A stretch of 64,000 nucleotides of DNA, taken from contig CM052816.1 in NCBI GenBank assembly GCA_028534125.1, positions 55,616,001-55,680,000 of the forward strand. Reading direction: 5' to 3'. The notes beneath the pieces were generated by a model. It made no database searches and had not been told where the DNA came from. It saw nothing but the letters and a program-made list of their open reading frames with translations. Shown here in pieces: positions 49,666 to 64,000 of the stretch. Source of the DNA: Lama glama. Taxonomy: Eukaryota. Each line of letters opens with the position of its first letter. Within the stretch, counting starts at the first letter, position 1. A program made the translations under genes and the position numbers.

Positions 49666-50600
49666 TTTGGCTGACTTTCTTTTGAGTTTCTAGCTAAGTC
49701 TTCCTACAACCCTGTCTACTGAGTTTAACTTTTTAGATAATCTTTTCATTCTATTCTTACCCCACTAGAGAAATCCTTTCTAAAGCATCTTGTCATATAC
49801 TGTTCTAATCTAGCCTTTTCTGTCTGCTGCATAATCTGCTGCTGGCGTTTTGCTTATTGTCTTCCTGGTAAGTCCCTTTGCTACTTCTTTTCCTGGATCT
49901 CAATTGCCTGTTACTTCTCTTGGTTACTCCCTCATTTTGGTGAAGCATATCTTCCAGTTCTGAAAGGTAATTTTTTATCTTCATGGTTTAGAACTTTCAT
50001 ACTGATTAAGTGGCTGGGTGTGAAACCCCTAAATATTATTACTATATGCCTTTTCTCTTGGATTACTTAGTTTTTCTATAGAAGAATCTTCCTTATTGTC
50101 AGAAAGAGATAGAAGGAGCAAGTATGGGTGCAAGCCTTCTGGGAGCCAAGTAAGGGAAAGAAACCTTTAATATGAACACTTCCTTTTCTGCTTTTTTCCC
50201 CTTCCCCCTTCTCCCTCCCTTGCAGTATAGGAATGTCCCTTCTTCCTATATGTGTCTGATAGCATGCCTCTGAGAGGTGGGGCCTCTAATGTTACTGCAT
50301 GCTGGGATGGGCAAGTGGGATTCCAGGGGTCTAGTTGCACCTTTTAATGACTCTTGATCAGTTCTGTCTTCAGTTCTACGCATGCCTTTACCTTTAGGGC
50401 TACTTAATGCCGTCAGTACAAATTGGCTTCTTTTGTCTTTTTTTTCCCCTTGTAGATGTTTATTTTTCAACATTCTCAGGCCTGCTAATAAGTCAGTTAT
50501 CACATTCCAACTTTAAACTTTGTTGGCAACTTTTTTCTTTTTTTTCTTTGTGGATTTATGCCTCTTTTGTTCCTGTAAGTTTATTTTGATAGGTAGTGGA

Positions 50601-50928
50601 TGCTGTGGACTTTGGTTAAAATAATTCTCTTTGTCATGGTAATTTGGAAGTGAGGCCTTCGGGAGGTAATGGGTTTAGATGAGGTCATGAGAGTATAGTC
50701 CCCATGGTGAAATTGGTGCCCTTATGAAGAGAGGAAAGAGCTCTCCTCCCTGTGAGGACACAGGTAGAAGGCAGCCATCTGCAAACCAAGAAGAGGGCCC
50801 TCACTGAGCACCCTCCCGTGCTGAAATTCTGATCTTTAACTTGCAGCCTGCAAAACTGTGAGAAATTCTGCTGTTTAAGCCACCCAGCCTGTGGTATTTT
50901 TGTTATAGCAGCCCTAAGAACTAAGACC
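50601..50928 (+). mobile_element. MLT1A-like LTR
   Basis: TTAGATGAGGTCATGAG, CCATCTGCAAACCAAGAAGAGGGCCCTCA and TTGTTATAGCAGCCC..ACTAAGAC. Confidence 0.85.
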
Positions 50929-51945
50929 AAGAAATGGATATAAATGCCATTTCACCTTTCGATATATTTGTTGTCCTTAACAATGAATGTTGACATGATA
51001 AAGAGTGAGGCCCACCTACATCTTTCTTTCTGTAGTTGGCTTTCTTCTATAGCGTGCATTCTCATTCTCAATAGGGACGATGCTTGGTTCTTGGGAAAGT
51101 GAAGTAACTTAGATATTACAATATCTAATGTGGCCCTCCAGGAAGAATGTACTGGACAAAATCTTAAATCTTAATGCTTATTATTAAATTTCTCTCAGTA
51201 AGGAGAATTTATCTTTTCACAGGTTGGGGGCTGATAATGCAAAAAGCTTGAGAAACATTGTTTTATTGCATGTTTTTACTCTTTAATTAATTTCACAGAG
51301 TAAGTCTTGGGATTGATCTTTCTGTGACCATTTTTCCTGAGCATTGTATGTCTTTCTGATTTGTAACTTGAATATTTTATTTAAAGAAAAGGTAGTATCT
51401 TTGAATTTTTGTTACATTTCTTTTTTCAAGATACCAGTTAAAGCATTTGCTGACCTCCTTTGTCCACCATTATTATATTTCTTTCACTTTGTATTTGTCT
51501 CTGTTCATCATGCCCCTTTTAACCTTGTCTTTTATTGCAGCTTCTGATGTGATTTCAACTCATTTCTTTTTTCTTTAGTCTGTTAGCTTACTTTTCATTG
51601 CTTGTTTGTTGCCTTCTCTCTCTAAATTTTTTAGTCTTTCTTTTTTCTTGCAGATAGGTCGTATTGTCTCTTAGATCTACCACCCTTGCAGTTTTTCATC
51701 TAATTTTGGCCTTTATCCCAGGTTTGTTTCCTTCTAATAATCATCTGTCGGGGCTAGGACTAGGATGAGACCAATGAGGGACTAACCTCAGTTGTAAAAT
51801 TTAAGAGAGCATCAAAAAACTCAGTAATCAAGATAAGTAGTATTTTAGTGCAGTTTTTTTAGAGTAATGCATAATGAACAAACTATCCAAATTAAATTCT
51901 GAATAAAGACAGAATGAGTTATATTTGAATGAAGCAGTCAATCTA

Positions 51946-52501
51946 CAGTAGTTGCCCCCTTATCTGTAGTTTCAATGTCTGCAGTAGTTACCTTCAAGGT
52001 CTGAAAGTATTAAATGGAAAATTCCAGAAATAAACAAAGCATAAGTTTAAAATTATGTGTTGTGTTGAGAAGAATAATGAACTCTTGCATGGGCTGCTCT
52101 GTCCCTAGTGGGTTGTGACTCATTCCTTTGTCTAGCACATCAATGCTGTATACATTACTTGCTCGTTAATACCTATATAGCAAAATACATAGTACAGTTG
52201 ACCCTTGAATACCATGGGTTTGAACAGCACAGGTCCACTTATACTCAGAATTTTTTCAACAGTAAATACTACCTACAGTACTACCCAATCTGAGAGTCAC
52301 TGAATCCACAGATGGGGAGTCCTAGACGCAGAGAGCTGACTGTAAGCTACTCAGGCTTTCTACTGTGCAGAGGATCCACGCATCTAATCCCAGTGTTGTT
52401 CATGAGTCAGCTGTATATGTAGGGTTTTGTACTCTCCATGGGTTTCAGTCACCCTCTGGGGGTCTTGGAACATATCCCTCTTGGATAAAGAGAGACTATT
52501 G
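51946..52501 (+). mobile_element. MER44-like Tigger element containing a nested MITE
   Basis: TIRs CAGTAGTTGCCCCCTTATC and GGATAAAGAGAGACTATTG. Confidence 0.75.
52195..52413 (+). mobile_element. MER8/Tigger2-like MITE
   Basis: TIRs CAGTTGACCCTTGAA and TTCATGAGTCAGCTG, with TA on both sides. Confidence 0.8.
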
Positions 52502-53190
52502 CATTATGCATTTAAGGAGGGTGTGTGTGTGTGTGTTGAGATATGATATGAGCTTTGTTGTCTTGACTTCACTTTATTCTCCTAAACACACTTCTTAACA
52601 AATTTGTTATCTCCTTTGTCTTTAGCTTCCCGCACTATGTCACTTTTTAGGGATTCGGGGCTTCTGTGCTGTTCACAGATTCTATCCCCTCACAACTGGT
52701 ACATCTTTCTTTTATGCCACCTATCCCTCAGATTATTAATAGTAGAAATGGCTACATTGTGTGCACTTTGTGTCAGTCCCATCTCTATGAGCAGATATTA
52801 AGATACTGTATTTCATATAAATGTGTGACATGCAAATGAAGATTTCAGATCCTTTCATTCTTCTGGCTTTGTAGACTATTATTTTATTCCATTCCTATGT
52901 ATAACTTTTATCTAGTAAAAGCTTAAAGTTCTCCACATAATCAAACATTGAAGCATTGGGAGAAGAAATCATAATTGATACACTTTATAGATTTAGTAGT
53001 TTTGCAAAGCTTCCTTATATTGATTTCAGGTTTTATTAAGTCACTCATGCTCAGAGAACGCTTAATAGCAGGTTCCTGTTTTCAGGAATATTTTAAATGT
53101 AACATTGTACTCTTTGAAAATTATGAGGAAATTCTGAAGATACAAAACTGGGAAAAGTGTTTGCTGGAGAAATCAGTCATTTTTGAGCTA

Positions 53191-53341
53191 CAGTCGGCCC
53201 TCTGTGTCTGCTGGCTCAGCATCCACAGGTAAGGAGGGCTGACTGTGCTGAACCATTTTCTGTGAAGGACTTAGGCATCTGAGGTTTGGAATCCCTGGGG
53301 CATCCTCACAACAGTCCCCTGCAAAAACCAAGGGATGACTA
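53191..53341. mobile_element. Short Tigger-type MITE
   Basis: TA-flanked degenerate TIRs CAGTCGGCCCTCTG and CCAAGGGATGACT. Confidence 0.6.
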
Positions 53342-54739
53342 TATATGTATTACTTCCTTTTATTTTTCTAAAGCTTTAAAGAGAATATTGAACACAATGT
53401 AAAATGTAAAAGATTTTCAAGAATAGTGACCAGAAATATAATAATGATTATGAAGTAAAAGTTTAAAAACCTCTGGGCTATCAGTTAAATCCTTTACTTA
53501 AGTTCTTCAGATAGTATATATGCTTTCCTTCCTCCAAGAAGCTTTTCTCAGTAACTAGACTCCATTCTTAAGATTTCTGAATACTTAGCTTTCGGTTAAA
53601 TTTATAGTCATTGTATTTATGAGTGTTAAATTATTGTCTTTTATGCCTGTAGTCATAATTACTCAGGCAGGGTATGCATTCTCTTGTTTTTTCCCTTTTC
53701 TCTCTAGCACACTCTATCTCCCGCCATAGTGCTTACTCTGATGCCCACCACATAGTGGTTCAGAAAATGTTTAACTTGTATCCTTTTGCCAGTCACAGTC
53801 ATGATTTGTTGTCTTAATCTTGAAAGAGAAATTGTCTCATAGTCTGAAGAACCTTGTGGAGTTGTATTGTTTTTGTTAAATAAACTGATAAGGAGATAGA
53901 AGATTGCTGCTGTTAAGCGGGGACGAGAATAAACAATAAATGCTGAAAGTACAGTATGTACATTGTGTTCAGCAAGTAAGTTTATTATTACATTGACCAG
54001 AGAGGATTCTCTCTCCTTTAAGGCTGAGATTGTTCGCAGGAGAGGAAATTGACTGGCCGTACTTTATCCAGTGGGAGAAGAGGTAGTATTTGTGATGTGA
54101 TCTTGTCATGTTTGAATTCATTTATTGGGGGAGAAACAAGCATAGAAAATATTTATTTTACATATTTTTATGAAGAATGTAAAACACTGAACCAAATAGT
54201 TGACATTTTCACTAATTGTTTACATTTTGATGCAAGGAGTTTCTAGTTGTCTAACATAGGTCTGATATAATGTTCATTTTATTGCTCTTTCCATTAGAAG
54301 CCTTCCTGCTGTTATGATCCAAGACATGTAAAAGCCTAGGAGTTAATTTGAGATACTTGAGAGGAAATATTAATGTTATTTTGTGGTAGAACATAAAAAT
54401 ATCTTTTTTATCAAATTTATGAAATAAAACTATGGATGATGAGGATTTACTTTTGAATAGTAGAGACAGAAAAAAAGTAGTAAATGTATTTCCTAAAACT
54501 TATTTTGGCCCTTTTTAAAATTGTGCTTTTAGTGGTATTCCCGCTAGTTAAACTTAGTCAAAGCATTTAATAAACAATATTAGGTCTGGGTTTTTTGACG
54601 TATGTTTGTAGTTTCTGTGTCTACTCACTTGTGGGAATAGTGAATGAAACCTAGCTTTTGATAACTGTGCCCTTGTTGTGCTCTTCATCTGAACTATCTT
54701 CAAAAAAGTCATTTGACTAGAAAAATAAAAGAATAATAA

Positions 54740-54997
<258 letters not shown>

Positions 54998-55300
54998 TAG
55001 GTGAAAGACTGATGGTAACTCCTTTAAAATAATGTGTGTTACTGAAAAGTTGAACATGATTTGGGTGGTAAAGATTAAAGCACATTCTTTTTGATATTGT
55101 TTATGCATTAGCTTTTATTTCTTGATTATGAATTTTTCCCAGCCTCAAGAAATCTAGCTGTCTTTTCTTTTTCTTCCTGTTTAAGCTTTAGAGTTATATT
55201 GCTTGAAAACATTTTGTGAATCTTTGTTACCTCGATATTACTACTTCAGAAAACAGTCTAAAAATGGGAAATAATTTTCTGTTATTTAAGAGAGATGAGC

Positions 55301-55384
55301 CAATAGCCAAGACATGGAAGCAACCTAAATGTCCATCATCAGATGAATGATTAAAGAAGATGTGGTATGTTCATGTACATGTAT

Positions 55385-55425
<41 letters not shown>

Positions 55426-55855
55426 TATTACTCAGCCATGAAAAAGAACAAAATACTGACATTTGCAGCGACATGGACGGACCTTGAGATTATAATACTA
55501 AAGTAAGTCAGGTAGAGGAAGACAAATATTATATGATATCTGTTAAATGCAGAATCTAAAAAAATAATACAAGTCAACTTATTTACAAAAAAGAAACAGA
55601 CTCACAGACATAGGAAACAAACTTATGGTTACCAAAAAGGAAAAGGGCCAGGGGTGGGGGATAAATTAGGAATGTGGGATTAATAAATACATGCCACCAT
55701 ATATAAGGTAGATAAACAACAAGGATCCACTGTATAGCACAGGGAACTATATCTTATAAAAACCTATAATGGAAAATAATCTGAAGCTGTATACCTGACA
55801 CTAAGACAGTATTTGTAAATTACCCATAGTTAAATAAAAGTAAAGAGTAAATAAA
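55301..55855 (+). mobile_element. L1 3' end containing (AC)18
   Basis: Begins CAATAGCCAAGACATGGAAGCAACCTAAATGTCC, with TSD AGAGATGAGC (55291-55300, 55856-55865). Confidence 0.9.
55387..55422 (+). repeat. (AC)18 microsatellite
   Basis: Perfect dinucleotide run. Confidence 0.95.
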
Positions 55856-56974
55856 AGAGATGAGCTAGAATTCCAAAATCTCAGTGCTTTGGAGCCAGGC
55901 TGACCTGGATTCAGACACTGCAGCCCCTGCCATATACAACATGTTTCCTTGTGTGACGACTCAGCTCTTCTTAGTGTGTGTAAGGAATAATGAGATGATA
56001 TATGTAAGGTTACTTACCGGAGTGGCTGATACATTTTCCCATTTAAGACATAGTGAGTCACAACTAAATTCACTAAAATTGTACCTTTTTTTTTTCTGGA
56101 TGAAGAGTTCTGCATTCAATGAGAGTTGCTAAATGTGCAGATAAGGAGAGTAGCCTATTTTGTGTAGTTAATCAGAACCACTCCTCTTATCAATGATTAA
56201 AGATATTAAGTAGAACTAACTTCTATATTTTTAACTGAGATGACCTTTTTACAGGGCTAGTTTTTTGTTTTATTTGTTTTGTTTTACTTAATTAAGCAAA
56301 TTTTATTTTGTTCATTCTTCTTAGAAAAACTGACCCAGGAATCTTTGCAAGTTCTTATTTTATTTTCTCTCCTTGGATGAAGAAGCATGCATAAAGCATA
56401 TATCTCTTCCATATCATTGATTCTTTGCACCTTTGAAATAATGGATAGATACAATCTTTGGGTCTCCCTCAGAGCATTCTGACTAAGCTGGATAACAGAC
56501 TTTTGGTGAATTTAAGTTCTTACAAAATAGATTCAACATCAAGATTCCAGATATATTGTGTAATAAGTTTCTGATTTCTGAATATAGTTTATTCATAGAC
56601 AAGGGAGGAGAAATCGTTATTCTTGTTAGTACTTACTTAATTTTAACATAAAATATGTGCTATGTGCCAACTAAACAATGTATCAATGAAAATTTAAATT
56701 GAATGAATTCTAAAAATAAATTGTTTGAGTTGTTAATAACATAGGAGGGAGAAAATTCAAATGCTATAACCAAACGTGACCAACAAAGTTGTCTTTTTTT
56801 TCCCCATAGACCAGGAACAGGGAGGTAGTGAGGAGACGTTTCCTAATTCATTCTTCAAAATTACTAAAGAGTATTGAATGTGGAACCTAAATTTAGTAAT
56901 TTTACTACTTAAACAAGCATTCTTGTATTGATATTCAAAATTAAAATCAAATTTTTAAGGCATGATGATGATGA

Positions 56975-58150
56975 TGATAATGTTAGGAGCTACTGTTTAT
57001 TGAGGGTCAGCAAGTACTAATTATCATACTATGTATTCATGTGCTTGCTTTCTGCTATCCTGAGATGTGAGGGAAGTATTGTTTTATAGAAATGGAAACT
57101 GAGGTTTAGATTAAACTTGAGTAACTTGCCTGAAATTATACTACTTTTTGATTAACAGGTTCTTAGGATTCAATTTTATGTTGATTGTGTTTTCTGTCAA
57201 TTGCCATTTGCAGAACGTTTGAAGATAATTCCATAAGCTCACCTCCTGCAGGTTAGAGTGTATTATCTGAGTTCTGCCACATATATGTACAAGATAAATA
57301 TGAGCTCATCTTTCTGCCCATGGGTTGCCAAAATAGCATTATATTGTATTGGTTAGTGTTTGAGCACTGGATACTGGGGTCTGACGCATATGAGATTGAA
57401 TCCTGGTGCTATTACATAGTAGCTGTGTGATCTTGGTAAGTTACTTAAAGCAGAAAAGATGACAGTATGGAGTATATCCCCCCTCCCCAGAAAAAAAACC
57501 TATGAAAAACAAATAAGCAAGCAAAATAATCGACTCATGATAAACCAAAGTACTGTACTTCAAAGTTGACCAGTGTTCCTGTCATTCCTACTCACTCAGT
57601 TCAATTCAGAGTTACTTCCATGGCACCACCTGTCCTTAGGATGGCTGGACCTGGAACAGTGGATCTGTCTCTTTTTTTGTTCTTTTTTATGTCCTCAGAT
57701 GGGCCCTCATTGCCTTTTCTTGTTGTGGACCTTAGTTAGGGCTGCCCTGATAGATTTCAGCTGGAAGAAATTGGAAGTTTCTGTTCTTTTCTTTCCAGAA
57801 GGCTGTTATGCTAATTATAATAACCTTGATGTACCAATCCATTTCACACATACACACACCGGGAGTTCTGTTTACAGTACCTCTTGAACAATAATAACAT
57901 AGTGGAGGTGATAATGATGATAGCTAACCTTTCTTAGGATTACTGTATGCCTGGTATGGTGATAAATACTTTATATGCTTTATCTCATATACTCTCACAG
58001 TATTTTAAGGTTAACATTATTCTATTTTTACAGATTAGGAAATTGAGACATGAGAGTTTAAGTAACTTGTCCAAGTCAAACTGCTAATTGTTGAAGGAGC
58101 CAGCATTCAGACCCAGGTCTGTTTGATCTGAGAACCAGAACTTTTAGCGA
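56975..58150. mobile_element. Cluster of MIR fragments (~56975-57140, ~57340-57450, ~57920-58150)
   Basis: MIR core motifs GGAAACTGAGG, TTTTACAGATTAGGAAATTGAG and AAGTAACTTGTCCAAG. Confidence 0.65.
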
Positions 58151-60899
58151 GCAAGCACTATGCCATCCTATAAATAGGTGTTTATGTGAAGTGAAATACA
58201 GTTTGTTGATTTAAGTCATGGGCTTCTTGAACCACAATGTTCTCATATTTTCTATGTGTTCTTCATACATCTAGTGTTTATTTTAGATGATCAACTCCTT
58301 AAAGGCTCAGGGATACAACTTCTTTGTAGGAATCAGCAAAGCACTGGACACATAAATTTTCCAGTTGAAATAATTTATAGTATTGTAAAACAAATTTTAT
58401 GGGGAAAATTTGTGATTTTTTTCTCTTTAATCTGCATGGTTAGTGTTACAATGATTACTGACAAATACAGTAAGTGATCTATATTCTTTGTCTAGCTCTA
58501 TTGTTTTGTCCTCCTTGGTATTTATTCCAGAATAACTTGCTCAATACAAGAAAAGTTTAAAAAAGATGGTTCTATGATTTCAATTTTCTCAATCTATTAG
58601 AAATTGTATAATTCAGTATCACATTAGACAAGTGTAGCCCCTGTGGAAGAAAGATATTTCTGAGGTCATTCTTTAATTTGAAGATTCTATTTCAATTTAA
58701 AATATAGAAGGATATATATATATATCAGACTAGTAATTTTATTTTGGAGTAGTGTGCTGGCTTTATTATGTGGAATCCATTCATATTCTTCATTTCTCCT
58801 TAGGATTTAAGACAACACTAAATAAATGACTTTTAAAGACAGGGTTTGTTTGATTTTTTTAATCTCTTACCCATCTGCCATGTTGTCTTTGAGGTCAAAT
58901 GAGATTATATTTTTGAAAATTATTTGAAAACTAAAAGCTGTATGAATGTGAAGCTAAGATAATTATTTATTTGGATAAACTAATATTTTTCTAGATTATC
59001 CAAAGGCTTTGGTGATCATTTTCTGCATAATTAGTTAATAAAGGAAATATGATAAACCATCTGTTGTTGCTGTTATTTAAAAGAATTGTAGGATTATTCC
59101 TAGAATCTTCTACAGTTGCAATGCATGTTTTGAATAAACATGGTTTGTTCTTACCATGAAAGAAATACATTCCCTTACCCCACCACCCCATGTCTCAAAA
59201 AAACTAACAGGAAGGCTTTCCTAGCACTAGCAGATTTAAGAAACATGTTGAGAAGTTTTTTGGCTCTGACGGTTTGTGGTAATCATGACATTCTTTTATT
59301 TCCATAAGGGAGCAATGTTAGTAGATCCTGAAATTTTGGTGGTCATGGGCCACCCATATTCCCCATATTTTGGAAATGATCCAAAACATAAAGAGTCATA
59401 GGCAGATACTCAATTAGGGAGGAAGAATCTGGGTAATTTTTACAGATGTTGATTTTCTGTGGTGGGATTCTGCAGGCAGTTTTTTTGCAGTTTAATGTTT
59501 GTGGGTTTGTTCTTATTCCACTAATTCATACGTGAGGCTCCATTTGAGTACTTTCAGAAGAAAAACTTATTCTCAACCTGAGAAGTTGAGGGATCTCTGT
59601 CTAAGGAAATTATGTGGAATATTTTTTAAAGGAACTTAGACATTTTACTTGAAATGGGGTATGAAAAATGTTTTGCTCGTAAAGAAGATTCTCATGGTCG
59701 AGCAACCTAAATGATGCCCAAGACTCACTTTAAAGATCTTTTTAAAATTGTGTTGCTGTTTGCCATAATGAATTTTCTTTTTCCGGTGGTATAGCAGGGT
59801 CAGCTTGATGTTGGTGCTTTTTCTCTGCTTTTAGGAGGAGTTTCTGCTTACTTGTCACCTTAATTGCTTTTGTCTTAAATTTTACACATATCTTATCAGA
59901 AAACTATTTTAAAAATAGCTAGGTGGCAAAATATAGCTTAAGTTTCTTAGCACTTTTTAAATACCAAAGTCATGTAAAGTCATAGTATCTCTATTTGCTA
60001 TTTTTAATCAGTTATAATATTGGAAAATTTTCTAAACAGATACTAGAGGTTCTTTCTGTACTTGTCTGCTTAAAAATAATTATCATGTAAACTTAGCTTT
60101 GTGTTTTAAATCTGATTTAATTGGCAAAGACATAATGCAAATAAAACTTTTAAAACTGCTATTTTTAGTGTATACTTTATGTGAGTAATTTCATGGTATC
60201 AGTGGATTAGAACCAATTCTTTTTTTACCTTATTTGCATCATACCATGGTGATGGTGGGAAGAAGATGGAAATCAACTTTTACTTCTCCTTTACATTCAA
60301 GTCACGGCTCTGCCATTTTCTCAAATAAGTTGTAGAAAAACCCAGTTAGGTGGTATCACAACTGAACTTTATTATCCAGCAAAAAACTTTATTATGTCTC
60401 TGGTGTTTCTCTCATTAAGATAAGGAATTTGGTTAGTTTCTAACAGTTGGAGTTAATTGCTGAGTTGCTTGCAGTAATCCATACATGGTTAGTAAATTTT
60501 ATTAACACCTAAGTGTAGATAGTGTCATACTACCATGATTTTAAAGGTCTGTGAAATCAGGGAAGAAAACAAGGTACCAGCACTCTTTAATACTCTCAGG
60601 ATTCTAGAATAAAAGTAATTCAACTGTCGAGGACTTATAAAATAACTTTTTAAGTTTTTGTTGCCTGCAAAAGCTGAGTTCACCTGAGCCAACATCTGCA
60701 CTTTGTACTTCTGTATGTTGCCTAAATACTTTATAAAGTGTATCATCTTAAAAAGAGGAAATAAGTTCCAGTAATTTACATTTTTCAGCCAAGTTCTTTT
60801 ATCTGAGAAAATGTTTATCTTTTACCAGGATGGCAGAAGAGGGGTCAGGATTTTACATGGAACAGTGAATAAAGAACATATTTAGGTAGCTAATCATAT

Positions 60900-61280
60900 T
60901 AACTATGTGGCCAGTTGAGGAAAAGTAACTTGACAATATTTTATGTCAGAAAGACAAGGAAGAGTCCTACAAATCAGTAAGAAAGGTTTACATGGCACAA
61001 TTTAAAAAAAAAAAAAAGGCCAAATACTTCATCTGGTACTTCATAAAAGAGAATACCCAAATGGGTAATGAGCATATGACAAGATACTCTGTGCCATTAG
61101 TCATCAGAGAAATGCACATTTAAACCACAGTGCCATACCACCATATTGCCTGTCTGAGTGGCTTAAATAATTAAGACTTAATACCAAGTGTTGATGAGAC
61201 TATGGTACAACAGGTGTAAACTGGTGCTAACACATTGGAAAGCAGTTTTACAGTATCTACTAAAGCTGAGCGTAGCTATC
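60900..61280 (+). mobile_element. Old L1 ORF2-end fragment
   Basis: CATTAGTCATCAGAGAAATGCA and AATACCAAGTGTTG. Confidence 0.65.
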
Positions 61281-64000
61281 GATTTAGATCAGGTGAATAC
61301 TGAAAATTTGAAAAGATCCCAGAAGTATTGATATCATAGGTCCATCCATTTTTCATTAAGCTTTTTAGGTTATAGAGAGTACAGGCCAATCCATGTTACC
61401 TTGAAAAAAATGGGAATATTGCCAAGAACCAAGAAAATTTATAATGCCCTACCTGCAAAGAAAGCTGACTGTATACTGGATTTTGAATGCTTTTATTAAC
61501 AAAACTCAATTACTCAATCACCTGCCCCCACGTACAGCTAATGTAGCTTAGTTTCATTCTGTTATTTCTTCACTCTTTCATGGCTCCTCATTTGTGTTTT
61601 GCTCTCCCATCCTACTTAGTTTTTCCTTTGTTTATCATGTTCTTTTCCTATTTTTGGCTTCTTTTCAGCTTCAGCTCCTACTTCTGTCTGCCCTAATCTC
61701 TGGGCATTTCCTAAAGTAAATGTCTTGAGAAAATCTCATTTACTTTTCACTCCAGGTTACTATGAATTGGCCACGCCAGGTCCACTTTTTATTTGTATAT
61801 TTACTTGTACTTAAAGGATAGGATGGGATTACCAGTTATACAAATAAAATGCTTTGAAATTGTATTCTGTAATTTTGTATAGCATTTACCAAACTTGCAG
61901 ATTTTTTTTAATGCTTACCACATATTTGCTACTAACAATTTAGGTAAATATTAATAGATTTTCAGCTTATTTCTCTTTCATTAGTTTTTAATTTGTTTAT
62001 AAAATGTTTCTTTAAATAAGAAAGATAAAAAAAGAAAATTAATCTAGATTTGAATAACTGTTCCTTATTGTTACTATAGAACATACGAAAGAAAATGAGA
62101 CTGCATGCTATAAAAATCCTTTTTTTAAGCAATGTTTAAGTATTGTGTTTGAATTTTTTTGCATTCTCTTTGAAGTATAGTCAGTTTACAATGTTGTATT
62201 TGAATTTTTATTTAATCAAGACGGAAGATTCCTGACAGTCACCAGGACAGATGGGATTCTGCTTTTTCTACACTTGATGTGGAAAAGTAATGGTGGGTGG
62301 CATGGCTTACGCATATTGACAGCAGTGGAAACTATTTTCTGATTTTACTTGCTAAGTGTATATTGGACATTAGCTGGGAGAAAATGTTTCTGAAAAAAAT
62401 CAAGGAACACAAAACTGCTCTTTTTCATCAAATAAATCTTTTTAACTAATAGATTAAAAAAGATTTTGCTTCTGTTATCTTTATTGCCTGGTAAATATTC
62501 TGGACTTGTTTGGTATTTAGAGTTGAAAGACAGCATTATGTTAGGAATAATAAGAATAGGTAGCAAAGTAAATGAATGTTCTACAGGTTAAAATGTTAAT
62601 CCTGAAAACAGTTCTGTCATTTTTCAGTCACATAGCAAGTTTGTGTTCTTGACAGACAAGATATGATTGTTGACAGGAATGCTTGTATCGCTGATCATTT
62701 CCTAGCCCTCTGTTCTCAGTAGCACCCCTTTGATCTATAGGGGAATAGAGGAGTAAGTAGGCACTGTTATCATTAATCCTCCTGGAAGCTCTTCATTGTA
62801 GGTGTTCTTCCTATTTTGCATAAAAATGAAGTTGAATGGATTATGAGAACATTAACTAGTGAGTGATAACATTATTATTACAAGAAAAAAAACCCTTAGT
62901 TTTTGGTACTGCTCCCCCCACCCCTTTTTTGGTTAATTTCCACTTAACTCATGGATGTATAGTTATTGAATACTAAAAAAAAAAAATCATCAGTCAACTG
63001 CCTTAAAAAAAAATACCTCCCAAGTTCTAAAAATTCTTATCAAGTCTTTTAAAACCATTCCTGCAAATAGTTTTATTGATTAGATTTCATTGACTCCCCT
63101 TGCTCTATTTTTAAAAATAAGTTTTGCTAATTATAAGGAAAAAAATACAAAACTACCATCAATGTATTTCCTTCTCATCCTCTATACATTTTCCCCCAAG
63201 ACATTATGGAGATAACAAAGTTTATGTCTTGTTTTCTTTCTTTATTTTAATCTAACATCATTTTCTCATTGTAAGACAGCTTTGTTAATATTTCATTGTA
63301 CTGTAATTTTGGTACTCGTTTGCTTATTATTAGACCTTTAGATTGTTTCAGTTTTTTGCATTTAGTATTTACTGCCTTCCTACATAAAGCATTTTTCTTG
63401 TAGTTTGTGACCTTACTATAAATTCTCTGATGTAGAATTGCTCAATTTAAAGATATGAGCATTTTTGAAAGATGTTGCCAGGTTACTTTCCAAAAAGATT
63501 GTGCTGATGTACATTCCATCTGCAGAATATGCAGATTTTCCTTTCACTGCAGCTTTATCAGTATTATTCTGTCCTTACCCCTTTTAAGTGAGATAGATTA
63601 AATATGTGTTCTGTGGCTTTATTTTTTGTTTTTATTCTTACAGACGTGATATATGATTACTGTAAATAATTCGAACAATATAGATAATACCGAAAACTAA
63701 AAAAGAAAGTGAAGATTCACTTTCACTGTTCATCCTTGGTAAAGATCCTTTGCAGAGATTTCTTTGCATGTATAGCCTTACAGTTTTACATAAATGATAC
63801 CATACTGCTTTGTAGCTTTTCCTTCACTCAACAATAAGTTATGGATATCTTTTCATGTTTGATATTTATCTTGATTTCTCCCTTACCCGTTAGGAAAGGA
63901 ATGCATGTCTTTTGTAGAAAATTTAGATTTGAGACCAAAGCTCCAGAATAATTAAGAATGTTCACTTACTGACCATTGTTTTACGTACATACATTTCTTT

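Overview
This is mammalian genomic DNA, probably camelid, judged from a tRNA-derived SINE that resembles the camelid family. It is not prokaryotic. The window holds the head-to-head POLK / CERT1 (COL4A3BP, GPBP) CpG-island promoter at about 7.2-8.8 kb. CERT1 runs on the + strand. Its first three canonical coding exons (8292-8387, 13246-13380, 54848-54964) encode the N-terminus and PH domain, and the gene continues past the window end. POLK runs on the - strand, with only its non-coding first exon and part of intron 1 present. The rest is intronic and dense in transposable elements: a near full-length decayed L1, many L1/L2/MIR fragments, LTRs, Tigger/hAT elements and SINEs. I see no evidence of a wholly new biological system. 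The most interesting signal is the 5' architecture of CERT1, which has an upstream coding exon antisense to POLK exon 1, a long stop-free in-frame leader with ACG codons, and an in-frame uORF. Several unusual small retro-insertions with target-site duplications (TSDs) are also present. Repeat family names come from recalled consensus similarity and their boundaries are approximate.
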